Shown here piece after piece: positions 39,201 to 51,200 of a stretch of DNA of 64,000 bases. The notes under the pieces are model-generated. The model was not told the origin of the DNA and made no database searches. It saw nothing but the letters and a program-made list of their open reading frames with translations. Every line of letters begins with the position of its first letter. The first letter of the stretch is position 1. Source of the DNA: Amphiscolops sp. MND2022. Its lineage: Eukaryota. Both the position numbers and the translations under genes were made by a program. Location of the stretch: NCBI GenBank assembly GCA_964187785.1, contig OZ076409.1, positions 30,816,001-30,880,000 of the forward strand. Reading direction: 5' to 3'.

Positions 39201-42200
39201 CTTCAACCAATCGCAAAAGATTAACTTTTCTTCTGTGACTTTTGTTTTTGCTACTGTAGATATTGATCAATTTTCTCCCATCTAACTGATAGACATTGAT
39301 TGAGCATCGGTTTCTAACTTCAAAGGATCGAATACCAGAGAGTGGCATGGGCATTTGTTTTGCATTAAAATGTAGCTTATGCACATTTTCCAAATGTGTT
39401 TTGGGTCGAAAGGCACGACCGACGAAAGAGAACAGCGCCGCGGCAACACAATACAGGAAGCAGAAATTGTCCTTTTTATTGACTATATTCAAAAGGCTTC
39501 TTTTCAATTTCTGCAGAATAGGGGGCGTTTTGATGTAGGAACCAGCAACCACAGTAGCACATTTTGCAGTCTTGATTTCAAATCTCTCCATTTTTTCCAC
39601 AACCCAGCCTGAGCCACCAGTAGCAAACACGTTGAGTTGGCTCATCAGTTGATCCAAGTGCTCCAAGAACTCCTCTTCAGTAAATTCCAGCGATAGCTTG
39701 GCCATGCTTGAATTGAAAAAAGCTTCGGTCGAATCGTCAACTAAAGGTTTGCGTAAACGCACGCTCATTGAAAACCCCATCTTCATGTTGCCTTCAACCT
39801 CCAAAATCGAGTTGACAAATCCCATAATTTTGTCTTTCAATGAAATCAAGCAATTGAAAGGTTCAATAAACAACGACTCCCCAAGTTTCAATCGATGAAT
39901 TTGGAAATGTGATTTCAAAGCTTTTGTTGAGAATGCGATAGTTGAAACATTTTCTGGAAGAGAGCGTTTGACGTTTCCAGTGGAATGCAACTCCTTCTCA
40001 TGCGTAGAAAGAGCTGTAGAGCAACCATAAAAACTGGGACATGTAGAACATCGGAATTGGTTTGTCATTTTATGGACGGAGCGTAAATGCCTCAACAAAT
40101 TCTTTGATTGGGTGAAACCTGTAGGACAGTGTTCACAGTGGAATATTTTGGTGCTCTGTTCAATATTTCCATGTTTTGTTTTCATATGATTGCTTAAAGC
40201 TCGCTGGGAAGCCAAAATCTTCCCACAATGTTGGCATGAAAAATTCATTCCAGAGTGAAACCTTTCAAATATTCACGGTGCCATTCCATATCAAGTTGAA
40301 ATTTCTCAAGATAAAAAAGAGCAGAAAACGTACTAGGAAATTCAACTACTTTTTTGAAGGAGAATGGCACCGTGAAGGAAAATTTGAGACAGTTTAGCTT
40401 TTCAATTTTCCGGAACAGTAAGAAATCGTAATTATGGGCTTTTAAGAGCGAAGATTTTCATTCACTTGTGAGCTCTGATTAAACATTCGATTTCTTTCAA
40501 AGTTTGTCCAAACGGTACTTTTCTATTCTATCTCTGTGAGAATGTCATGAAAGGACAGTCAGCAGTCTTCTGTATCAATAAGATTCGAAATCTTTCTAAG
40601 TTAACGTTTCTCTTGGTATAGAAACCATTAAGAAACCTTCATCGCTTTGCAATGTAAACAAAGCTTGACATATGGCACACATTTTGAATAAAGAATCAGT
40701 TTGACCTTTGAGCTTTATGACTTTGAAAGTTTTCGAGTTGGGAGCCCAAAACGTGCACAAGAAATCTATCTTAGAATAATTTCGGTTGGGAGCCCAAAAC
40801 GTGCATAAGAAATCTATCTTAGAAAATTTTCGCTTGGGAGCCAAAAACGTTCATAACCCCCCCCCCCCTCCTTTACTACTGTTGATAATTTGTTAATAAG
40901 AAAATACTTCTGCCGATAAAGGTTTCAATTAAGTATTTAGCTAATTTTTCGAATTTCTTTATTATATAAAATCATAGATTTCACAAATGGTTAAAATCAA
41001 ATTTGAATTACAATCACACGGATCAAAATGTTCATCAGTTGATCATGGAGAACTTAGACGATGAAAATTTAGAACGATCATGTTTTGTACTTCAAATTAT
41101 TAAATATGTTATATTAGAAATATAAAAAGTCAATGATATTCAAGTTTCTTCTTGGGTTGAGTTACCAGTAAATTATAAAAAAAATTAGTCAGTTATAATA
41201 TTAAAAAATGAAGAGCAATTTTGTTTTTGTGGTGTATCTTAGCTCATCTTCACCCGGTTGAAGATCATAAAAGTAGAACTTCAAAATATGCTATGTATTT
41301 GCCTACTTTGTGTGTAGGTGATTTAGAATTCCTTATGAAAGCGAAGATTTACCGAAGTTTGAAAAACTTTATAATTTGAATGTAAATGTCTTTGAATTTG
41401 TCAATTCCTTTTTGTCACCAGTCCATAATAAAAATTTTGAGTAGAACAAATAGACTTATCATTGTATGAAAATCACTATTGTCTAGTAACAAAATTACAG
41501 ACTGATAAATACAGATTCACACACGAAACATGTATTTAGAAGTTGTTTAACAGCATTTAGTTCACAAGCGATCCTAAAAGATCGTATAAAAAGATGTCAG
41601 AAACAACAACCAACCAAATCAGTTTTCGTTGGAAGGATCATCTGACATTTGAAGACTATCACATGAAAATACCAGTACCAATAAGAGTTCATGCAGATTT
41701 TGAATGAATTACCCAACCTCAAGATAACCACAAGGTGCTATTCACACAACATCCGGTTGCTGTTGGTTATTCTACAATATCACCATTCGGAAATCATCAT
41801 TACTCTTATTTTGCAACAGATTGTAAAGAATGGTTTATAGAAAGAATGTTAGAATTAGAAAATTTTGTCGAGCAAGTCCTTCGATACCAATATACCACTG
41901 CAAACAACTCCTCAAGAGGATGTACAATTCCCAGATGCTAAAGTGTGTTGGTTGTGTGGAAATTCATATGAGGAAGATAAAATTCGAGATCATGATCGTC
42001 TAACAGGAAAATACAGAGAAGGAGCTCATAATTTATGCAGTCTCTACTGTTAACAAAAGTTCAAATTTTGTTTCCTGTATTTTTCACAACTGTTCTGGGT
42101 ATGATTGTCTTTTAAATTTGGAGTAACTCTACCGAATCATTCAATCAAAACTATAATTCAACGATAATACCTAAGAATTTAGAAAATTATGTATCAGTCC

Positions 42201-45200
42201 ACGTAGGTTGCTTGCGTATCCTGGACAGTTACCGATTTTATTCTATTCTACAAAAACTAGTAGTATCTCTGGATACCTTTAGGTATATGGATTCCGAGGG
42301 TTTATTTGATATCTTATTCAAGAGAAAAATAGCCTATCCTCATGAACACTTTAATCTGAAAAATATAAACCAACCATTAAACCTAACCTAAGAACACTTG
42401 GTCAACACTAAATCAAACATATCCTTCTGACAATGATATAACACGTCCAAATGAAATTATTCGAAAATGTGAAACAAAGAATGGACAAGAACTTACTTTG
42501 AAATACCTAAAAATGGATGTTCTTCAGTAAACAGATATTTTTGAAAACGTCGTGGAAACATCTACGCAACAATATGGCATCAATCCATCGTACAGTTACG
42601 AGTTACAATTTTCATACGAGTCATGCGTCATCATACGGCTCAAGATAAAACGTATATGCGGTATTATACGTTTTTCAGCCAAAATTGCAGTATTTGAATG
42701 TCATGTAGTTATGCATCATCAAACAGCATTTGTGGTGTTTAATATGTTATTTTGCAGTGCTTTTCTAGTGTCTTTGGACCATTCAGTCATATTTGCATCA
42801 TAGTGGGTGTGTGTTATCGATATGAATAGAATGATGTAAAGTTGACGTTATTAAGTTTTTGTTTTTTTTAGGATTCTTTGACATTTGTAAAAGTGCTTCT
42901 CATCCTTTGTAATTTTGAAAAAGAGAACCAGAAAAAGAGACGATTCACATCAAAAATAACTCCCGTCAAGAGCAGTTGATCTAATTTCTACAAGCCTCTG
43001 TTAACCTTCTTCAGTTTTTCTTGTCTTTTCTAAGTTTGGATTTCCAATTTGAAAAGATAATTCAAATTCTTCCCCAGCAAATGTAACTTGTTTTCTACTA
43101 AACAAGATGGGAAATAAGAGTAACCGAAGGTCGAGGAGCCTAGGAACTCCTTTTCCTGACAGAGAAACCAGCTGAACTAGAGTTGATTCTCCAGAAACAG
43201 GTGAAAAAACTTTAACTGGTTCTAATTTGATTGTTCGAGAAATTTTTGGTGAACCTAACTTAAGAAACCAGCTAAGGGAGCCCAGCCAAATTAGAGACGA
43301 GTTACAAGTTTGGACACAAATCATCGAACGAAAAAAGTACTGAGAGGGTAGAAAAATGAGAGGGGAAATGGACAATACACTAGACGCAATTCTGAGAGAG
43401 ATAAAATCCTTTAAAAGTGCATCAACAGTAACAAACCCAAGGTCTGAAATTATTGGCACACAAAATATGCAACCTTCGGGATCCAAAATCGACACGTCTA
43501 TCGGAGTGCACGCATCTTATAACAATAATTTAAACTCAGGAGATGAGGATTATCCTCTTCAAACCTCCAAAATGAAAGATCTTAGACATCCATCCAAAAC
43601 ATTTCATTGAAGTGAAATGAACTTAGACGAAACACTAGTGTCATGAGAGGACTCTGGGGAAGAGGATTATCACTTTAGGTTGATAAAATTATGTTTAGGT
43701 GGATGAAATTAAACATGTGGCGACCGTGTGGTACCCTAAATTGCTTGGGGAACATGGTTTGCTGCGTAATTTTAGTAATTGGTGGTAACTCGGGCGTTAT
43801 AGTAATTTTTGGCTCTGTAAAGATCTGTACCGATTCGCGCAGAAACCTTCAAAAAACTTTGTCTTTATCCCAATCAACTAATCTCATTTCAAAACTGTAT
43901 TTACGTCTTGTTAATTTTCGACAAATCCTGGAGTATCTGTCAGGATGTGTACAGACTCTGCATGGAGTGCTCAACATGGGTAGTGATGCCACTGCCATTA
44001 TGCGTCAAAACAGAAACGATTTTTTGAGATGGTGTTTGGTATTTGCCAGGGTTCAATAAATCAACCAATTTTAGCTTTTTGTTGCATTGTTTTACTGGAC
44101 TTATAATTGTCGACTCCAAAATTTCAGTTTATTAGAATCATGAAAAGTTAGATTAAGTTTTAGTTGAATAAGTTTTGAAGTCGTAGAAGTTTTTGAAGCT
44201 TCTAAATTTGACAGGAATCAATTTTAGTGATGGAGCAATTAGGAGTACAGAAGTGTTTTAACCATTTTCACTGCTGTTTTCAAACTTTACTTGAACGCTT
44301 GTTTCCAAAGTTGCGTAAAGACGCCTCTTTTTTGAGCGTTAATCCATATCCACAAGATGACTCAAATATATCAGCTTCATTCGAAAAGCTTTCAAAATTT
44401 TTGGTGGCTTTCAACTTGTTCCTATTCCAACCAGTTGTCCACAGAAAAAAAAGAGCGTGTTGATGATTGGTTTTGATTTGTAGGAAAGCAGCGGAAGAAG
44501 AAGAGATTAGACGCCGCAAAGAAGAGGAGGAGGCAGCGAGATTGTTGGCTGAAGAGGAAGCTGCTAGGAAAGCGGCCTTGGGGGAAACCGAAGACGACGA
44601 AGAGGGAGGAGGTATGGAAACAACAGATGCAAAAGATGAAGGTTATATATCCACTTTATACCCCAGAGTGAAATTTCAATCATGATTGTATCAAAATATT
44701 TCCTCTTTGAATTAATCTGTTTTCGTCGAATGTGCACTCTCTGTTGTCTCTATTGGCCGGAGAAAACGGTCCGGCTCAACTTCTGATGGTCAAAAGTTTT
44801 GACCACCACTAATTTTAGGTTACAGGTTACATGACATTTCGTCCTATACACTTTCAACCTATGCATTTTCAACCGCTCACAATTTCAACCTATTGCATTT
44901 TCAACCGTCCGCAATTCGACCTTTATTAATTTTGGCTATTTAGTCTTAATTCGGTTGAGCTATTATTTCAATTAATGGTAATTGTTCATGAAGAAGCCAA
45001 AATTCGTCAAAATTGGCGTAAAAATTAGCACATTTCAATTTAGAAATGTATGAAAGTTAAAACCACCAAAATAATTATGTAACTAATTAGGATCCATTAG
45101 CCAAAATTAGTTTAGGTCGAAATTGCGGACGGTTGAAAATGCAAAAGGTTGAAATTATGAGCGGTTGAAATGGCAACGATTGAAATTGCATAGGTTGAAA

Positions 45201-48200
45201 TGGCATAGGATGAAATATCCTGACACCCTAATTTCAATCACGCCTCTACTTGTGATATCACTATGTGTAAGCATAGTGAATCTACGACGCCTCCGATCGA
45301 GACCTTATCCCCATGTTGAGCTTTCCTTGGGAATCTGTACAGATCTGTGAGCTAATTTTCCTTGAGGACCTGTAAAGATCGTGCCACTACTACGTAAGGA
45401 CAACTGCAGATCTGCAAGGATCTTTACAGAGTTTTAAAGATTTTCTGTACAGATTTTTTAAGGAAAATTTTCTCTGGACCTTCTAGTGAAACTATGTATT
45501 TCAATTTTTGGAATCATCGACAAGTATGTTAGTTCGACCAAGGGTCAGTCAGTTGAAACTCTCGATCACTGAAAATTCTCTAGCAGGAAAGCTTGTCCCC
45601 ATCACGGTAGTTTTGGTGTCTGGGTAATGTTCGCTATTGGTTATACAGGGTAATTTACTCAATTCACTTGAACTTTTCAGAAGTAGTTGTTCAACTTTGA
45701 GAGACTTGTTTGTCATATTGACTTCGTTTTGGGCGGATGAAGTATGACATGTGGCCACCGTGTGGGTTGATAGAGCTGTTGATAAAGTGGTGGTAATATT
45801 TTGGGCACATGGTTTGCTGGAGTAGTTTTAGTATTTGCTGGAAACTTGGAACACGTTATAATAATTTATTGGTCATTTTCGTATGGCTAATGTTTGACAA
45901 ATCCTGGAATATCTGTCAGGATCTTTACAGATCTGTACAGATTCGCACAGAAACGTTTTTGAAACTTAATTAAGGAGGCGTGTTTATCTTGTAGAGCACT
46001 TTTTAATCAACTAATTTCAACTTCGAAACTGTATTTATGACTAGTTAATTTTCGACAAATCCTGGAATATCTGTCAAGATCTGTACAGATTCGCAGGGAG
46101 TGCTCAACATGTCGTGTATTTCGCAGGTCGTGTATTTATCACTTTATTCAATCAGATACTCTTTGGATTTATTACCCTTGGCAATCAGGGACACCAGAGT
46201 ACTTTAATTTTTGAAAAAAAACAAAAATGAAACACGTTGTTTTTCAGGCCAAAAAGCTGATGGTATGCTGTTTTTATACTTCTTTGATAGTTTGTCTAAC
46301 CCCAAAAAAAGTTTTATGTAGAACTTTTATAACCCTGTTGCTTTTAGTCGGCGCTTTTAACCCCAATCGACCTGGGCGTTTTTTAAAATGTTCGACAAAT
46401 TTGCCAAAAAAATTCAATCATCAATATCTCCACAACTACGCGTACCAGAGGAACGAACTATAGCGCGTTTGAAAGGTCTGATATTGGGCTTTCATTTTGG
46501 TCAGGTGAGCCCCTGTCGCCGCGCGCCCCTTCCTTCAGAATTTTAGTCTCTTTTTCCGGTACCGCCGCTTCGCGGCAGTTCCGCACTTCGTGCGGCCCGC
46601 TCCGCGGGGGCTTGTAGTAACAACAGAATATTATAGGGGTTTGTTGCACCAGGACTTGTTGTGGAAGGGTATGTAGTTGGTTTTTTCTATTGATCAAAGA
46701 CTTTTGAGAAAACAGGATTTCGTCAAAATCTGAATTTTGAGAAAATCTAACTCTTTTTTTTGTGCAAAAAAAACATTTTTCTCAGCTTTGGAGATATATT
46801 CCCTTCTTCTAATGCTTGTGCCATTCAAATCAATCTAGGTATCAATTACTTGTTGAAAAAAAACTGTGCTAGAGAAAATGGGCTACTGGCAAAAGGAATC
46901 AGAATTTGTAAAAAAGGTAGGCTGCTTTAAAGCATCACTAGGTTCATTGGGGTTAATAGAAAACGTATTAGGAAACAGTAGTGGTTTTTTCAAAGTGACT
47001 GGGAAGCAGATCCACACAGGTTCTAATCCCATGCTGGACGAATTGTTTCTCAGCTTTGCAAAAGCAAACGAGACAAATGGTCTTTTTTGAGGTTTTTGGC
47101 TGTACGCTTTTTTCCTGAGAAGGACCCGTTTCGTTTTCATTTCGATTTGGAAAAATTATATTGGGAACCTGACGAGTGCCCGCTCGGGAATTTCTCAACG
47201 ATGTAAGATGGATAAGAATTTCTACAATAGTTGCTACTTCGCTTATTTAAAGGACTTTGCTCTTTTTGAGCCTCAAGCGGATCGTCGTTTTGACCTGTTC
47301 CCTACTTGTTTTTATCTACACCGAAAATGGTCTTTATAACTATATTTTATAACTAAGGACATGCTGCGATCACAACAGATTTTCAGCCATAATCACGCTA
47401 CGACTCGTTTCACGATTGCAATGATGTAGTGATATCGTACTATGAAATGTATGATAGAGTTGGTACAGATGGTCCGCGATGCACGCCAGAAACTCGCAAA
47501 AAGAAACTGCTACTTTACGCCCAATTCAAACCACTACATCGTGAAGTACCAGTAGCATTTGTAAACAAATGAATTAGAGAATGTGATTTCAGCCCGAGAT
47601 GAACATACAAGTTTAAGCGATTGCCGTAATAAAAAATTTTCACAACTACATTGTCAATTAGGGAAACACACTTTTAGTTTGGTTCCAAACACCTTCTTAT
47701 TTTTTCGTTTGTTTTTTAGCCAAGAGAACTGTATTTTGAACGTTATCAATTTCTCAGTACCAAAAATACCCCAAAGGATAAGAAGAGTCGGAAGCCACAT
47801 TTTCCCCAAATGGAAACACAAAAATCCATTTTTGGAAATACTTTTTTCAATTTTGTTTTCGGAAAAGTCATAGGAGTTTCCGGACAAGGAACTTGCAGCT
47901 CACAAAACTACCTTTTTTAAAGCCGAAATCATCAGCCTTGAGTTTCACTAAGGCGGAAATTTGAAAACCGGAGTTTTTCATGGAAACGTCCACACAGTTT
48001 TTAAAAACAGCGCTTTTTGAGTCTTAGTTATAGCGCCGACTTTAGACGTTCTTGTCTTGTTGAGTCGTTTCAGACGGGAGTAGTTTGTTTATATATATAC
48101 TTAAGGCAATCCACGTTTTGAGCCACCGCAATTACGATATCAAGATCAAACCCGTCAGTAGTTTGTCCCAAGTGTATATATGCAATACAAACCGACGGGA

Positions 48201-51200
48201 GGGGGTTTGCAAAAACCGTTTCTACCAAAGACTATGAGTCCCTCTCAGGACTCGAACCTCGCCGGTTGAAATGATGGCCCAGCGACCTAACCACTCTGCC
48301 ACGAGACCATAGAAACCAGTGCATGCAGGTTTCTTAAATAACGATCATTCATTCTTTCCGTAAAAGTTATCCGAGACGTTTGACCCTGTAGGAACATGAA
48401 CGTGACAAAGTTGATTTGGGTAGTGCTCTTGACCATCACGTTTATTGTTGCAATTCTTACTACTCCAATTTGTCCAGAAGATATTACAAGTTATTGCATG
48501 AATGATGGTTACTGCATTTACCTAGAAGAGTGTGTGAATGTGCGGATCTTTTCTATGGTATACCCGAAAATGCAAGTGAAAAATGTTTATATCAAATGTT
48601 CAATTGAACATTTAAAAAGACTCGAAGAACAACGCTCACTCTCACCAAAAATTTATAGAAGAGATGAACGATTAATTTTTTGGAACTACGTCTTGGCATT
48701 ATGTCACGAAATGGCACCTTCAGGCAAGATTATTCAGCTCCAACAAAAATTACCATACGACGGATCAATCAAGTCTACAAAAAGTCAAACGTTTACAGGC
48801 TAGCCATGGGTGTCCACGAATCTACTCCGTTGATTGCCGAAATTTATGAACCAGTCTGGGCAGGTCACGCGATCGAAGATTGTTCGCACAGGTATCATCA
48901 TCCAAGCAGATTCCAATGTTTCCTACGCTTTGAAATTCAAACAATCATTTGCTGATGATTTCATTTACATCAGATGTTTACTATCGTAATTGCGGTGGCT
49001 CACAGGGTGGATTGACTTGTCTCATTCGTAAAATCTAATCTGCATCGTCTCTGAAACAATTTCATGAGTTTGTCACAACAATTATCTACATTACATCCAC
49101 AACATTACTATGTCATTACATTGGAGCAATTACGTGTATACAATGTATCACACCAGTATTGTAAAATTGTTGCTGTTTCCTTCAGAAGAAGAACCAGGAG
49201 GGGCTACGAGCGAGGCGATAGAACCGACGTCAGAAGTGGACCCTGTGACTACAACAGACCAGTGTGGGTATAGTGGGACAGGGGCAGGGGATGCTACCAC
49301 CACAGAACAACCAGCAACCGATGAACCTGCCTCAGACACCGCCGCTGACGGTAAGTTTACTTCAGCCACTATATAATCGACATTACCTATCATTGTTCGA
49401 GTGCTGGCCCCGACATCAATATACTTATTCTCACTACTACCTTGCTGCATCGCCGTCTTGTCGTTTGATGAAGTTTTTGATTGAGGTAAACATCTCAATT
49501 TCAGAGAAAGCACAAAGGCTTAACAATGCTCAGCTTTGAATTAATCTATTGCTTGTGTCTGATCTGCACGGAAGCTTCATTCTGGGTTAACTCTCTTTTC
49601 AATTCTGTTCCTCCGAGGAAGTCAATATATTTTTAGTTGTTTATGGGAAAAATTTTATGGGAGATGGAATTCAATTCAAGATTTAAGTTAGTTCGAGTCC
49701 CGTTTACAGACAAAAGCACCTCACTCAAAAGCGCCCAATTTTAGTCATTAGTCCCCAATGCAAAGCGCCTAGCTAATGTTCATACTGATTTTTCTGGCTT
49801 TAATTAAAGGTCTTCAATGAAATAAATTTCGTCTGAGGCGCCCTTTGTCTGGTAGCCTCGAGTCCTACTTTAGGTTCAATTTTTCGTAGCCTAATTGCTG
49901 TGACTTTTCAATTTATTTGATGAACTTATTAAATAAAGGAGATGACTTCTAATGATGGTGGTTCTTCGAATCGACGTGGCGGCAACCTTGATTTACCCGA
50001 ATTTCGGTATCAAGACCAAACCTCAATCACCAAACAGGACAGCAAACGATCACAATCAGAGCTTAGCCCTATCAATGATTTTCTAAATATTGATGGAATA
50101 CAGGCACAAATTGAAGCAAGTATGGAGAATTCTTTCCAAAAATTCATTCCTTTGATGAAAGAAGATTTGTTGCCAAAACTCAAGGTGATGATCGATAATG
50201 CTTGAGAGCTATAACCGCCGTGACAACATTCGAGTACTCTGTTTACCAGAATGAGAAAGGGAAGACGATTGGCGAAACTTGTGAAGAAAGTCTCAAGAAG
50301 ATAATCGACCTTGCAACTGAAACTGGTGCTACAGATACCCCTGCTGACTTCTCTATTGCCACCCGATTATCTGGCCAGAACGGGAAATGTCGACATATAG
50401 TCGTAAGATTTGCCAAAAGAACTGCTCGTCTGGATTCTCTGCGGAGGAAGAAAATTTTGAAAAACAGACAGTACGAAGAACATCGCTGTCTTTGAAGGTC
50501 TAACTCAACCAAGAGTGCATTTTTTAATCTAATGAAGCAAGACAGGCGCAATTCCTGTGTATGGACTAGAGACAGTGTAATAAACTATACTTGGACGATA
50601 CTAATGATAATAATGTTCATCGTACACGAAGCCTCTGCGAAGGCGGAGAGGTTCTATGGTATATTATCAATGATGTCGAAGCTTGTTTCCGCCGGAAAGA
50701 GTAGCAACCATTTCTTACGAAATATAAAGAAAACACCCTCGAGGGAACGAAACCTTGCAAACGCAAGAACTAGTGTAGCAAAGCAAAATCCTTTTAGTTA
50801 ATATATTATACACTTAAACATCCGCTCTCGTTCGCACCATTTCGATGAGTTTTTAGTCTTTCTTCATCACTGTGTACGAGCTCCTCTCGCGATTTGCTTT
50901 TGGGAAAAATGGATGAAGTCAACTCCTGACCGCTCAATTTTCAACATACCCGGTTATCAAAAACTTTTGAGTTTAGCCACGACTAATAAAGCGAGCGGTG
51001 TTGTGATGCACATTAACGACGAAGTTTCTATCAAAAAACTAGACACTCAAACGAAGTTTGAGAACGTAAATTCAAATGTCAAAGAAACATGCAATTAGAA
51101 TGCTATTGAGCTGCATTTGTAATTCACCCTCTCTGAACAAAAATGTTTCTATTGCTGATGTTGTCGCATCCATCAAGATGCGATGGTTCCGTGGTGCAGC

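Larger units (their letters stand above)
26993..40880. mobile_element. Maverick/Polinton (adintovirus-like endogenous dsDNA virus), 13,888 bp, near-intact
   Basis: 6-bp TSD GTTGAT (26987-26992 and 40881-40886), AGTAGT...ACTACT termini, ~250-bp TIRs, and a full core gene set (pPolB, RVE integrase, ATPase, protease, major and minor capsid). Confidence 0.97.

Noticed and set aside
33301..39898. Many short ORFs antisense to or overlapping the capsid and polB genes
   Set aside because: Shadow ORFs with no motifs; the opposite strand carries the recognised genes.
48237..48308. Functional tRNA gene
   Set aside because: A and B boxes are present but there is no convincing anticodon stem-loop and it lies inside a TIR element, so it is treated as tRNA-derived.
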